A DNA stretch of 64,000 nt from Cyanidioschyzon merolae (taxonomy: Eukaryota): NCBI GenBank assembly GCA_000091205.1, contig AP006502.2; one strand, given 5' to 3'. The translations under genes were made by a program, and so were the position numbers. A model generated the notes under the pieces. It was not told the DNA's origin. It made no database searches and saw nothing but the letters and a program-made list of their open reading frames with translations. Of the stretch, positions 1 to 11,599 are shown piece after piece (position 1 is the first letter of the stretch; the number at the start of each line of letters is the position of its first letter).

Positions 1-968
1 GAACAAAGCGCTCGTGCTCCAAAGCCACCCAGGTCTCGTGCTGCAGTCCGAAAGAGCCGCAGCAGAGCATCTGGCTGGAACCTGCACCCGTCCAGCGCTG
101 CTTGACGCGACACCGCCTCCTCCTCCCATGAAACTGCACATCGATTACGCGCCGCGCCGCTGCGCTACGCGATCTGTAACGCTTTCGCTTTGGAGGTACG
201 TCGGGGCCCGACCATCAGTACAGGGAACGTAACCTGGAGGTAGGGCGTTTGATGAATACTTTACAGTGCACTGAAAAAGAGAAAAAAGTAAGAAAAGAAA
301 AATGAACATATTCAGAGAACGCTCGCCTAAGTAAACGTTTTGTCAACGAAAAAAAGGTGCGCTGGGACGTTGGCGGAGCGCGCGGCACGTGCCTCTGTCA
401 TTCGCCTGGTGGAATCGAGAAGCGGTACACTGGAGCGCTTCACGATTCCACAAGGCTATAAATGGGGAATATGTCAAGGCATACCCAGGTTGTTTTAATG
501 GTAATGCTGATGTTATTGGCGATGTTGGTGCCTTCAACATCTTCGAAGGCGTCTAGAGCAGGTGCAGTGGAAGCTCGGAGCGGTGCACGATGGATAGCAG
601 TGCTATCTTCGACGCATAGTCGGGTCTGGAGTTCACGAGCTTGTCGAGGTGTCTGACGCCAAGCGCTATGCAATTTTCCGTTTGCGGACAAGAAGCGCGG
701 ATCCGAAGGGACCCAGTGATACGGATCCACCGTAGATCTGTGGAAGAAAGCACGTGCGAGCGCTGCATCCGGAATAGTCGGGCGCGTCTTGACTTTATGG
801 ACCTTGCTGGGAATGACGGGGATCATCGCACATCGTACGCGCCAAGTGCTTGGCCAAACGAGACCGCACAGGTCGCTCTACACACCGATGCACCTGTACT
901 GCCATGCCGTTGCTTGTAGGGAGCGCTTGCTTTCGCCTCGCGCCTAGTGCGTGAAGTTGCACGACAAC

Positions 969-2921
969 TCATCGCATCGCTCGATCGGCAGTTTTGCGGA
1001 AGCGTCCGCGCTGCTGGACTTGCCGCAGCCGATAACGCTGCATGCTTGTATTGCCTCGGTGGAGTTTGCGCAGCCGTTTGGGCAGCGTCTCAATAGGCCG
1101 GAATGGCTGAATGTACTTGATCGAAGCGTAGGCGTTCAGTTCGCGTTCGTCCATGTCAAGCATCTCCTCTGGTGAGACACCGAATGAGCGCGGTTCCACT
1201 CGTCGGTACCGGAAACGAGTATTTGCCAGCAAGTCCTCGCGGTTAAACTGGTCGACGTCACTGTCGTTATCGAACGGGGTAGCAATCTCGCTTGGGTGAC
1301 CGTTCATTCGATGCGAACCCGTGACCCGATCGCTACGCGCTGCAGAGCTGTCAGCGGGTCCAGAAGCGCTCTTTCCGATGCCGAAGTCGGCGTCCGGTTG
1401 CCAGCCCTCATCTGGAGCGCTCTGGTATGCCTCTCGTTCGAAGAGGTCGCGCATTGCAGTATCAAACTTGGTGGCGTCGAAATCATGGTCGCTCTCCGCA
1501 AGCGCTAGAACCCGCTCCACAAGCTCCATTTCGGAGGAGGCTCGTCCGCCGGATGACGCTGCCTTTGCCGACTGCTCCAGACCAGCAGCGCGAGCAATGC
1601 GTTGTAAGCGCTCTGTGCGTTCCGCTAAATGCACATTTCGCAAGCGACGAAGCGTCTCCAGCTGTTTGCGCTTCATGAGGTCTTCACGCGCCGCCTTGGC
1701 CTCACGCTGTCGTCTCCGCGCTTCTTGCTTTGCCGATGGCTTGCGCAGTGAGCCCTCAATTCGACGCGGGTGCGAGGGAATGAGATCCCCATGCGGCTCC
1801 TCGAAACGGAAATTGTGTGCTTGCTCGAACTGATCCTGCCTTTCGAGGAACTGCTCGTCCTCTTCTAGAGTGTCAGACGTTTGTGGATTGCGGAGATTTT
1901 CGACAGATGCAACGCGCTGCAGCAGATCATGAGCAGGCCCGAGCCATCGATTGTTCACGACATAGTCGTACAGAAAGGCATCCTTCTCGGCTACGGTCTC
2001 TTTCTCTAAGTACGCATGCTGTCGTTCTTCATCCGACTGAGGTGTAGCATCCACACGCCGAGCGTCAGTGGTGGTTCCCGGTGCCAGTGCAGACACACCA
2101 GAGACATGGGTCTGTAGGATTTCCTCCAACCGACGGTCGGTTTGTTTCACTATGAAAAAGTCTTCACTGCTCTCTTCATTCAATTCTTCGCTGACAGAGC
2201 GCTCATGATAATTCGCTACACCATCCGGCTTCATGGTTTCTCTTGCAGCCCGCTCCAAGAATTCCAGTCGAAGAGCCTCCTGCTGCTCATCGTAGACCGG
2301 TATGCGAGGACGGCGTTCCACAGTCTCCATGTCCGGGGTTACAGTTCGGTCTCTCTGGCCAACTTGCGAGGAATTCGACGACAGCTGCGACGATGACATG
2401 GACGAGGAGGAATCCGCCTCTGCCTCCCGCAGAAGCCCCTCACGCCAGTACTGATCTAGACACACGGCCTTCTCCTTTTCCGCTTTTAGCGCCAGAAGGT
2501 CGTATCCAGCGACCGGCTCTGCCTCGTCATTCGTTGTGGTTCCTGGACTAGATTCAGATCGACCACTAATACTGCCCGAGTCATCATAGAAACGATAATT
2601 TGGATCGTAGATGCGGGCATCGCGCCTTCTGATTAGCTCGAGCGTCTGCGCCCACTGCGCGTCCAGTCGTTTGGTGAGCAGCAGGCCCAGGTCATCCTCC
2701 TCGGTGCTTTCATCGGCATCACTGGATGAGGAATGCAAGGAGCTGGCACCCGATGGAGAAGGTGCCTGGTTGCGTGCTCGTGCTGGCCGCTGGTCAACGT
2801 CTCTTCGTTCGTTCAGCTGTCGTTCGACTTCTCGAAGGTTGCTAAGCTCCTCTCGCCGTTTACGCTTGTCGTACTCTCGCGCAAACTTTTGATTTATCTG
2901 CAGCTCCATAATAGAGTGCAC
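969..2921 (-). CDS. KRI1: KRI1-like ribosome-biogenesis protein (Kri1 N- and C-terminal domains)
   Basis: 650-aa uninterrupted ORF. N-terminus KFAREYDKRKRREEL. C-terminus FRYRRVEPRSFGVSPEEMLDMDERELNAYASIKYIQPFR, which matches the Kri1_C signature FRYRxVxPxSFGLTxxEIL...LNxxxSLKKLAPYR. Acidic/Ser-rich middle region typical of nucleolar proteins. Confidence 0.55.
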   Translation of the reverse strand: MHSIMELQINQKFAREYDKRKRREELSNLREVERQLNERRDVDQRPARARNQAPSPSGASSLHSSSSDADESTEEDDLGLLLTKRLDAQWAQTLELIRRRDARIYDPNYRFYDDSGSISGRSESSPGTTTNDEAEPVAGYDLLALKAEKEKAVCLDQYWREGLLREAEADSSSSMSSSQLSSNSSQVGQRDRTVTPDMETVERRPRIPVYDEQQEALRLEFLERAARETMKPDGVANYHERSVSEELNEESSEDFFIVKQTDRRLEEILQTHVSGVSALAPGTTTDARRVDATPQSDEERQHAYLEKETVAEKDAFLYDYVVNNRWLGPAHDLLQRVASVENLRNPQTSDTLEEDEQFLERQDQFEQAHNFRFEEPHGDLIPSHPRRIEGSLRKPSAKQEARRRQREAKAAREDLMKRKQLETLRRLRNVHLAERTERLQRIARAAGLEQSAKAASSGGRASSEMELVERVLALAESDHDFDATKFDTAMRDLFEREAYQSAPDEGWQPDADFGIGKSASGPADSSAARSDRVTGSHRMNGHPSEIATPFDNDSDVDQFNREDLLANTRFRYRRVEPRSFGVSPEEMLDMDERELNAYASIKYIQPFRPIETLPKRLRKLHRGNTSMQRYRLRQVQQRGRFRKTADRAMR

Positions 2922-3319
2922 TCTATTGCGTTCACTCGGGTCGTCAACTCGGGAAACGGCGGCGGGAACGCGTCCTTGTGGCCTTCAAATAGAGATGGTG
3001 TTGCGGCTCGTCCCTGTTACCTGATTTCGCGAGTGCAACTTGTTGTTCCCTGTTCGGGCGGGTTTCGCCTTCGAAAGATAACAGGTCCAGTTGACGCGGC
3101 TCAGTTGAAATTAGTGGTATAAGTACTCGAAGCACGGCACAGAGTCGAACGCTGCTGCCGGCAGTGTACAGTAGTGGCGAGAAGCCCGCCCTAGACACAA
3201 AGTCACCGAGTGACGTGCAGGCGCCTGCCAGACTTTTTCGACCGGCCACCCACAACTGCTTCCAACTTTTTCTCATATAGTAAAACTTTCAGAATTGTCC
3301 ATCAAAGTTCCCTCTTGTT

Positions 3320-5480
3320 TAGTCTGGAGGTCTATTCTCCAGTACCGCACATCTCCTTACATTGATAGCGGCGTTCAAGTCTCGGTTCACAAACTCCACC
3401 TGTTTCGTGCCGTTAGGAGTTTACTCACTAATGCGAGTAGCCCACGCACTTTCGCTAGCCTTTCCATGTGCTCGTCTGTCAGCGGTCCGTACTTTGCTAT
3501 ATCCTCGGGGCTCCCCGGACACTTTTCCATCTAGACCCTCTGAAGTGTACACCGCAGTTCATGGTGTGTATACGATGTTCGAAACTCATCTACCGGGTTC
3601 GTAACGAAACGCCGTGCGCACTCCTTGTACACCCTCGTCGTTGGAGCTGGTGTACACCCTTTTTGGGTCTTCCATCGCCCTGCTCGGTATGCTACTACTA
3701 GCCTCTGATTTTCATCCTCCTTCAAGGCGCTCAACTCATTGAAAAAATTCGCGAACGCCCGCTGCTTTCCACAGTATAGATTCATACGCAAACGAGCCCA
3801 TCTGGGCATTGTATACTCCTCCCACAGCGCATCCCAATGCGCAACACGAACTTCCATGAATTTCCGAAAAGCTTTAAAGTCTGCTTCTCGGCTCGTCACC
3901 TCGCTCGTGGCTTCCAGGTGATCCTTCATTCCTGCATCCCATGCAGAAATTTTCTTCCATGCATTCATTATACCGGATTCTCGGTAGTATCTCGCTCTCG
4001 AGATTCTCAAAAGACGCATGTCTTTTTTGACGTACGTTGCCGTCAGTCCCATCTTCGGCACGCTTCGGTGCTGCAATGGTGATGATATTCGTATTCCCCG
4101 GGTCCGCGCCAACGACAAAGTTGTTATCATGCACTTTTTGGGTCGCAGGACCCGCCTTCTTCTTTTCTTCATCCTTCGTCCCGCCAACCATAAAGGCGTT
4201 ATCCTGCACCTCCTGCATCACAGGATCCGCCTTCTTCTCATCTTCATCCTCCGTCACGCCAACGACAAGGTCGTTATCCTCCGCCTCCTGCGTCGCAGGA
4301 CCAGCCTCCTCCTTTTCTTCATCCTCCGTCACGGGCGCAGCCGAGGGCGGAACTGGACGATCTTTCTTCAACCGCCGGTAGTGTACACACAAGGCTACCC
4401 CATCGGTTTCGATCATCCCAGTGAATACCTTTTGCTAGCTCACTTTGAGTCGTTTGAAATCGAAGATATTCTTCCAGTACGTCTCCCTATTCTCACCGGT
4501 GAACTCTCTTCTCCTTACATCGAACTCTGAACTGATCTCCTTCATGATGCCATGAAGGACGCCGGAGTCGATAGTCCCAACATGTGACTTGATGTTTCAT
4601 AATGGATCGACGTTGAAGCGCTTCCCCATTAGGACAGCCTTCCGTCTCTCCGACTCCTCATTTTTTCCTCACGCAGCTTCACCTCTGCCTTGCATTCGAG
4701 TTCACGGTCCAAAAACACGAAATAGCGCAGGATGAGGCGATAGAATCTTTCCTTATCTTTTTCAACTCGGATATCTTGTCTGTTGGATTGACCAGCCCCA
4801 AGATCGCACGGTGCTCTTGTATAGCCGCACGGGTCACAGAAGCTTCATTCCTGCTCCTGCGTGACGTCTTCTTGTAGACGAATCTGAGTTCCTGTTTATG
4901 ATGGCGATCTTTTGGGACGCCATCGATAATGGCCCATATCGCCCTGCGAGACAGGCCAGCCTAGAGTGCAAAGACGGAGCGTATCATGAAACGATCGAGC
5001 TTCATGGTCATATGGTTCTTCAAGTTCGTGATGTACTTCATCGCCCCGTAGGTTTAAATATTCGAGTCACCCCTGTGTCGAGCACCGTCAAAGCAGGATT
5101 TGGCGTAATTTTAGTGGAGTGCATGTGCTCGCTCATCTCTCCTCAACGTATACCCTGTGCTAGCCATCGGGTCACGATTAAAAGTCTTGTCGGAATGTTC
5201 GTATGGAACCTCGACTTCTATGATGCCCGTCGTGTCGCGATACATCTTCCTGGCCATATGCATCATTCCTCAAACAGCCTTTTGCAATACTCATTTAGTA
5301 ACACGCGACTCGGTTTTTGATGGCCTCTTGCAACTTTTCCTTGTATGCATCCTTGATATGGCGTGGAAGATAGGCTTTCGTTACCATTTTGTCGTACTGT
5401 CGTCTTTCTTGCAGCATTCGACGTGGGGCCTCCCCCTTTCGGTCCTTCTTCTTCTTTTCCTGGTCTTCTGGACTCGGCAC
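3320..5480 (-). mobile_element. Degenerate TnpB/Fanzor-like RuvC-nuclease element, copy A (frameshifted relic)
   Basis: On the minus strand, ORF 3874..4416 contains the RuvC-I-like motif [19 protein letters not shown] (GxDxG) near 4100. ORF 3531..4187, in another frame, ends with a TSQ-like VDEFRTSYTHHELRCTLQRV. A third frame at 3363-3400 encodes the RuvC-III motif FVNRDLNAAINVRR. A possible N-terminal remnant ORF lies at 5295..5480. The domain order is intact but three or more frameshifts and stops are present. Confidence 0.5.
4128..4330. repeat. 3 x ~75-bp tandem duplication inside copy A
   Basis: The nucleotide repeat ...cgcaggacc(a/c)gcc(t)tcttc(t)tttcttcatcct(t/c)cgtc(a/c)cgccaac(g/c)a(c/t)aaag(g/t)(c/t)gttatc... 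occurs three times. It translates on the minus strand to [25 protein letters not shown] / [25 protein letters not shown] / [18 protein letters not shown]. Confidence 0.8.
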
Positions 5481-5639
5481 TGATTTCTGTTTTTTTTTCT
5501 GGCAGCCGGCGACCCTGGCCCTACAGGATCGTCGACCTGCTTTTTCATAACTTTCCTTTTTTTAGTTGTTTTGAAAAAGAACGCTCTTTGAACCCTTCTG
5601 TTGTATACTGCGAAAAAGCGCTTTACTAGACTTGTTTGA

Positions 5640-7640
5640 GGTGTGAAACGCAATCGAACTGAAAGACTGTACTTTGCTATGACTCCAACGGAAATCCAAC
5701 TTCTACAGCTGAACAACACACTACTGATCAAGATCACGGTTCCCTTCAACGGCGGCATGTGCGTCGTGTCTCATGCCTGCCTGATATCCCAGGTGCGCTC
5801 ACTGACCGCGATGCATGCACCGCGCGAGACGCTAGACCCATCGATGAAGGACACGTGTCCGACACCCCGCATTGGCACATGCGTGCTCTCACCGGCGCTC
5901 TGCGGCACACGCGGCAGCGGGTAGTTTCAGAAAAAAGAGAAAGCGGACACTCCTCCGCGGATGATCTGAGCTTACAGACTTTCAGTTCTATTTCGTTTCG
6001 CCCCCGCTGCAGTGTATGTTAAGACGTCGAAATAACTGTGCAACTTACCGTATATATCGTTGGCAAATTGTCTGCAGGATATATTCATTACTGAACAGCT
6101 CATGGAGGACTGCGTTCATCCTTGAGGTCAGTCGCACAATAATACGCAGATGGTTGATGAACACTGCAAGTAACAAATATATGCGCACCGCACCAAAAAC
6201 TGGTATTCTCAGCGCATGCTTGCCGTCAATGGTAGAAAACGATCCGCTGATAACCTTACGGAAACTTAGTGCAACGAAAGTGGTCACAACGGGCGTCTCT
6301 GTTTCCCAACACCTTGTCCATACTGTCCTGAAAACACCGGGATACAGGCGCAAAAGAAGACTCTATTCATTCACGGCCATCCTCTGCCAAAATCGCAATG
6401 ACAGCATTCCGAGGACTGAGCGATCGGTATGAGGCACAGGGTCGTCGGGTTTGCTATTCCATTCGTTGAGACTTTCTTCGGACGAAACGGTCCGAGTATA
6501 TATGGGTATTCGCGGAGCGGGGCCCCCATCGTAAATAGGATCGAAATCGAAGAGAACGAGGACATCTTCATCAGTCTTAGCTGTAGTGGATTCATTTGAC
6601 GGCCTCAGTTTCGCTCCTGCGGAAGGCACATACAACAGAACCCTCTTCGCCGGATCATTGAAGACTTTTCTCAGACGTCTGGTGAGGTCCTTCGATTCCA
6701 CAACGTTGCATTTCACCATTACCCTTGCATTCGAGTTTTACCGAATCTTTCGGGATAGAGCTGCTTTCTATTCCCCCGTGCGCTCCTTGATTCAACCCCA
6801 TCGAGGCCGCGTTTTGTATCGTGAAACGTCATGGTCGCTCCACTGGGCAGATCTCCGACGAGTTCGCCGTACCGTGACACACCGGGGGCGCATTTCGTCT
6901 TTCTTCCACACGTCCTTCTCTGTCCAAGAAAATTCTCACCGTAGTGCATCATGAAGTGTGTTCGTTTTGAAGAAATACAATATCCAAGAGATGAGCTGGG
7001 GTGTACACTCCAGAACGTCGAGATGGAGAGAGGCCAGGGAAGCGCTTCGGCGATAGAAGAGCACGAAGAGCTGGCAGAGCAGCAAACGGCACAGAGAGAA
7101 CGTGTTCGAGGAATCTTTGCATTCATGCGTTCAACGAGAGGTAATAAACGCATGGAGTCCGTGAACCAAGACTTCAACGCCGTCATCCATATCAAACGAT
7201 GCGTGGTGCGGATGACGAGATGCGCGGACCTGACACGATCCATCTTTATGGGCCAGCCTCTCAGGCTCAACGTGTACAAAGAGAAATTGAAATCGATAGC
7301 AGGGGTCCGGTCGTTAAAGACTGGGAGGCATCTGCGCGTCGTTATTCATTTACCCTCCATAATTGTGAAACATTTTGTCTTTCACCGACTCTACAGAAGA
7401 CGGCAATGGACTTGGGCTTGTGTCCCCGAAACGATCGATTGCAGTGAAGCATGTGGCTCCGCTTTGCACCAAGGCGACATAGACTGATAGAAATATCTGG
7501 ATGAGTTCCCAATCTTTGGTTTTTTCGGGTTCTTATTGCATCATGGACGACATCGCGCACCGCAAATCCTCGATTCACTGGAAAAGTGAGCGCTTGCGTG
7601 TGCAGCTGACAACGCACTCGCATACGGGATTGTACAGAAG
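5640..7640 (+). mobile_element. Degenerate TnpB/Fanzor-like element, copy B (head-to-head with copy A)
   Basis: Plus strand carries the RuvC-I-like motif SSSVLAVVDSFDGLSFAPAEGTYN at about 6565-6630 (ORF 6586..6954). ORF 6951..7487 carries PRDELGCTLQNV, homologous to copy A's HHELRCTLQRV, and a degenerate RuvC-III VNQDFNAVIHIKR at about 7161-7200. Its tail ...FMGQPLRLNVYKEKLKSIAGVRS is homologous to copy G's ...FMGQPLRVEVYEEKLKSIPCNRS. A fragment of the family's conserved RuvC-II-like block lies at 7539-7630. Confidence 0.5.
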
Positions 7641-8197
7641 AAGCGCGCCATAGCACGGTGCGACACCGGCGAAGTAGATTGCATCTATCCCTCTGGACCC
7701 TTCAACGGCATACACCAAGCTATAAAGCAAGCGTTTTCGTGCTTCAGGGCGACACCGGTATTACGCAATGTGGTAGACGCATAGGCATATCTCACGAGAG
7801 TCAGGTGTCACGGTTGCGAGGCGCTCAGCGAGGCTGTGTACCTAGAACTTGAAACAGTCCTGCGAAGCGTAGGTCGCAACTCTCGCATCTGCATGGAATG
7901 CACCAACGACTGACAGAAGCGGCGAAATCGGGACCTGAACGCTTCTATCCATTTCCTTTCGACAACGAACAACGGAACTGGAGGCAAGGAATACCCCAAT
8001 ACATTTAAAAACGTAGATGAAACAGTGGAAAAAGAGACCAGTTGAAGAAAAAGCTCCCAATGACTGGTATTGATGATCGTAGGAAAACCCGTAAACACTG
8101 GAGTGTATGCCGCAGTCAGCAAAACGGACCCTTTCCAGGGTCGTCTGACATGACAGCATCTGGAGAATCCACGAATACGCAGCTGCAGCAGAGGCAA

Positions 8198-8222
8198 CGG
8201 CGGCGGCGGCGGCGGCGGCGGC
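8198..8222. repeat. (CGG)8 microsatellite
   Basis: cggcggcggcggcggcggcggcg, about 300 bp upstream of the FAD-synthetase ORF. Confidence 0.9.
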
Positions 8223-8528
8223 GCATCCACAATGCCCCGAGAAGCACCCCCGTCGCGATCCGTACGTTCACTGCACAGTGCTCCGCCTTACGACGCGTCA
8301 CTGGAAGCTCACGCGCAACTGCTGCTTTCGCTGGAACTAACGTGTACAGTGCGGCCTGGAGCGTGGCGGCGCTGAACGACCAGCAAACGATTTTTCAGGG
8401 AAACACCAACGCTTTGGCGAGTGCCAGGGTCAGGGGCGTCCAGCGTCGGATTTCTCGTGTGTGCCCTCTAACGGAAATTTGTTTGCGAGGACGAGACCGA
8501 GCACGGGCTCGGGTTCACGCCCTACCCA

Positions 8529-9794
8529 ATGGAGTACCAGCACGCCCCAGCGTCTATCCGTGTACGTCCACCGCGACCGGAAAAACGTCTCCTGCCTTTT
8601 GTGAGCGCTGCTGGCGCCTTGACGCAACGTGTCTCGGGTAGTGCGTGGCCGTGTCGACCGGCTACCCGACGGCCGCCTCCGAAGCGACGAAACACCCGCT
8701 GCTGGGTTCTGTGCAACGCGCAACAGCGGCGAATAATTGTACCCGGAAAGTTTGATGCTCTTCACATTGGGCATCGAGAGCTTGTTTTACGGGCAGCGAG
8801 CTACGGAAAACCGGTCATTCTCACGTTCTCAGGCATGGCGGAAGTGCTAGGCCGCAGGGCGCAGTTGCCGATTGTGGCACGAACCCACATGGAGCACATA
8901 ATTCGAAACTGGTTCGCATTCCCCGGCCGAGACGCAGATCGTCCTTTGCTGAACAGTCCTCTGAAACCCATAGTACAGGACGCAGACGCGTTCGAGGTTG
9001 TGGTCGTGCCGTTCGCCGAGATTCGCCACCTCTCGCCCGAGGACTTTATTGTACAGTTCTTGTACAGGGAGCTGGGCGCTGGCGGCATTGTATGCGGCTG
9101 GGATTGGCGCTTTGGTTATCGGGCGGCTGGCGATGTCGCGCTGTTGAAGAGCCTTTCGGCAGCGCTTGGACGAGAGAGCCCCAGCGGCTGGGTCTTTGAA
9201 ACAGTACCACCAGTGCTCTCTCACGGTGACAGGGTTTCGTCGTCTACAGTACGCCGCCTCCTCGCCGCGGGCCGTATTCACCAAACCACGCGCATGCTCG
9301 ATCGATTCCACGCTTGTACAGCACGATGCACAGTGCTTCGCAACAGCACCGAGTTTCTGGAACTGTGTGTGGATTCGTGGGAAAACCAGCCACCAGCACC
9401 GTCTCGTCTTTACGAGTGTCGTGTTGAACTCCGCGTACGTTGTAACGAATCCACCATCGCAAAAGACGTGTCTTGGAAACGTCTCAATGCCTATGTGTGG
9501 ATCGAGTCAAGCGAGCGATCCGAGAGCGCAAGCGTACACGGCATCGCGGGTGCACCACTGCCGCTGCCGCTGCCACTGCCACGCCTCATCCAACTCTGGA
9601 CCTGTGATCGAATGGATGTACCGGTGAATGAATTCGGGGTATCGGTAACCAGCGACCGAGGTCGCGAACTCGGGGTGCTGGAACGAGCTCTCTGCAATGC
9701 ATCCGCGGTGGATGTGACACTCGAATTTCGTTCCGTTGTCACTGCATCAACGCCGGTGCTCGTGAACCGTTCGCCTCTGACGCGTTACACGTAG
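8529..9794 (+). CDS. FAD synthetase (RibF-type FMN adenylyltransferase), organelle-targeted type
   Basis: GKFDALHIGHRELV...SFSGMAEVLG...PIVA...FAEIRHLSPEDFIVQFLYRELGAGGIVCGWDWRFGYRAAGD matches the bacterial/plant-plastid RibF FMNAT domain. The N-terminus is R/S/P-rich and looks like a presequence, so the true start may lie downstream of 8529. The C-terminal ~200 aa was not recognised. Confidence 0.7.
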   Translation: MEYQHAPASIRVRPPRPEKRLLPFVSAAGALTQRVSGSAWPCRPATRRPPPKRRNTRCWVLCNAQQRRIIVPGKFDALHIGHRELVLRAASYGKPVILTFSGMAEVLGRRAQLPIVARTHMEHIIRNWFAFPGRDADRPLLNSPLKPIVQDADAFEVVVVPFAEIRHLSPEDFIVQFLYRELGAGGIVCGWDWRFGYRAAGDVALLKSLSAALGRESPSGWVFETVPPVLSHGDRVSSSTVRRLLAAGRIHQTTRMLDRFHACTARCTVLRNSTEFLELCVDSWENQPPAPSRLYECRVELRVRCNESTIAKDVSWKRLNAYVWIESSERSESASVHGIAGAPLPLPLPLPRLIQLWTCDRMDVPVNEFGVSVTSDRGRELGVLERALCNASAVDVTLEFRSVVTASTPVLVNRSPLTRYT

Positions 9795-9827
9795 CGTCCG
9801 ATGGTCCATTGGCGGTTCGTGGCGACT

Positions 9828-11486
9828 CTAGGGTCCCGTTTGACCGGTGGCCTGCAAACCAGCCCATCTGAAGAACTGGACAAAATGGATTCCTCCGTAA
9901 AAATTGTTCAGGAATCGCAGTGAAACAATCAACGAGCGATTCAAGACAGCGTGATTCGCGAAAAGCATATGTGAGAGTCGTTCGAGGCCCTCTACCAGCT
10001 GGAATCGCGGATTACTGGATAGCGCCATGAAAGCGCCCCAGCCGATCGAGTTCGGGAGCACTGGCGGCATCGGCCGAACGGGCGTGTAGTGGGCATCCAT
10101 GGCCTTGCGCAGGTGCAACAGGCCATAGGTGATGGCGGTGCCGACGACGCCACTCGCAAAACCGATCAAAAAGTACTGCGCAGATGTATGCAGAACGGTG
10201 AGCACTCGTGACGGCAGCGTGTACACTCGCAGTGGTGGCAAGGACTTTTCGAACGCGTTCGCTGGCAGTGACGTTGCCCAATTGAGATAGCGCTGCCATA
10301 CGCTCCCGATTAGTCCTCGCTGAACGGCACCCGTTTCCAGCTGCGACATCTGCGGGAACGGCGTGTAGGGCGCAAGCAACACCACAAATGAGGCCTCCAC
10401 AACGGTGCCGACGACCAGATCAGAGAGCACATATTCGAGCTCGTCGACGAGTTCTCTTCCTCGTACGAGAAACTCACCGACGAGTTGTGTTCCGTTCCCG
10501 ATGTATTCCTGGGCCAGGAGCTTGAAAATGAACTCGGGATCTGCGAGCACGCGATCTCGAAAGAACCGCCATTGCAAGAGCCACGCCACCAAGCCGCGGT
10601 CCTGGGCAAGGTAACGGGCGAGCGTTCGTCGCTCTATCCAGCCATGTTGGATCGCTTGAACGACTTCCGGCGGCAAGCTCTGAAGCGAACGTTTGTACGC
10701 GCGAAGCACACCGGCGATCTCTGGATCCGGAGACCAGTAGTCGCCGTGTTCGTCCGGGCCTTCGTAACGGCCACCCGAGCCACCATTGCCTTTCCCGAAC
10801 GACCCGTTACCGCCGTTGTTGCCGCTGTCGACGCCACTGGTCGGGCTGGGGCCGCTCAACCCGTGGTCTACGTTCTCCGACAGCGACGCCGTCTCGCTGC
10901 CAACAACAGTACCTGGCTGTGGCTGGGATCTGTGTCGATCACGATCCTCCAGCCCGAGGCAGCTTGAAACAGACCGCGTCCGCGCGAGTCCCGGAAGCAG
11001 GTGGCGATCGCTGTTACGTCGCGACGCTGAGGATCGGCTTCGCCACACGCGTATGTTTCCCAAAAGTTTCACCGGGGGATCACCATGAGAACGCACACGA
11101 CGTCGGGAAACGAGCGCCGGCAGCGCTGCTTCTGTTCTGGAGTACGCTCGGCGTGGGACGCGGCCCCCGTGGAGCGCCCTCACCAGTTGACGCTCAGGAC
11201 AGTAACGTCCGCGCCTAGATGCACCCGCAACTGCTCCAGCTGGCGTCAGAAATGCACAAAACATATGTTTAGTGCAAAAAGGGTTGCCTAACCACTCGGA
11301 CACGCCAGTGAAGTCAGTGTACTGGCGACGAGATTCGAACTCGCGAGCGCATACCGCGCAGTGGATATCGCAGACCCGGATGAGCCGCTTAAGTCCACCT
11401 CCTTGCGTGGAGCAGAAAAATGGTCGCTTATTCAGATATAAAGACAGCGGCGCTATGACTAGCTTGCGACTGATTTTTCCTTTCAA
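9828..11486 (-). CDS. RETICULATA-related (DUF3411) membrane protein, likely plastid envelope
   Basis: RDRVLADPEFIFKLLAQEYIGNGTQLVGEFLVRGRELVDELEYVLSDLVVGTVVEASFVVLLAPYTPF resembles the RER/DUF3411 core LADPSFLFKV...ELYxADLLVGxVV..LAPY. C-terminal hydrophobic segments are present. The N-terminus is R/S-rich and transit-peptide-like, so the true start is uncertain. Confidence 0.5.
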   Translation of the reverse strand: MKGKISRKLVIAPLSLYLNKRPFFCSTQGGGLKRLIRVCDIHCAVCAREFESRRQYTDFTGVSEWLGNPFCTKHMFCAFLTPAGAVAGASRRGRYCPERQLVRALHGGRVPRRAYSRTEAALPALVSRRRVRSHGDPPVKLLGNIRVWRSRSSASRRNSDRHLLPGLARTRSVSSCLGLEDRDRHRSQPQPGTVVGSETASLSENVDHGLSGPSPTSGVDSGNNGGNGSFGKGNGGSGGRYEGPDEHGDYWSPDPEIAGVLRAYKRSLQSLPPEVVQAIQHGWIERRTLARYLAQDRGLVAWLLQWRFFRDRVLADPEFIFKLLAQEYIGNGTQLVGEFLVRGRELVDELEYVLSDLVVGTVVEASFVVLLAPYTPFPQMSQLETGAVQRGLIGSVWQRYLNWATSLPANAFEKSLPPLRVYTLPSRVLTVLHTSAQYFLIGFASGVVGTAITYGLLHLRKAMDAHYTPVRPMPPVLPNSIGWGAFMALSSNPRFQLVEGLERLSHMLFANHAVLNRSLIVSLRFLNNFYGGIHFVQFFRWAGLQATGQTGP

Positions 11487-11599
11487 GTCCGTTTTGGTGC
11501 ATATCGTTTCGTTCAGGTGCGTACCGGGACCGGCCGCCTGCTATCGGTGTCGGTTCGTTGATCTGCGCTTATTTCGCGCATTAGAGGCCTGTCCCACGA

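Noticed and set aside
4018-4530. Plus-strand ORFs (170 and 114 aa) with repetitive LLLFFILRH / SSSFV motifs
   Set aside because: They are the antisense translation of the 3 x 75-bp tandem repeat inside TnpB-like copy A.
6363-6719. ORF MVKCNVVESKDLTRRLRKVFNDPAKRVLLYVPS... (minus strand) with a homologue at 12222..12443 (plus strand, MVKYHNIQQKDVFRPQRKVFNELTKRLVMLYAPS...)
   Set aside because: Both lie exactly antisense to the RuvC-I region of TnpB-like copies B and C. Their conservation is most simply explained as the opposite strand of the repeated element, not an independent gene.
8042-8641. 199-aa plus-strand ORF (contains poly-Arg from the CGG repeat) overlapping the start of the FAD-synthetase ORF
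   Set aside because: It is low-complexity and frame-overlapping, so it is most likely 5' UTR or promoter sequence of the FADS gene.
11311-11420. tRNA-like T-arm motif (gcgag-TTCGAAT-ctcgt followed by cgccagta) on the minus strand
   Set aside because: No complementary 5' acceptor strand (ACTGGCG), D-arm or anticodon arm could be found at tRNA spacing. It lies in the 3' flank of TnpB-like copy C and may be element-derived.
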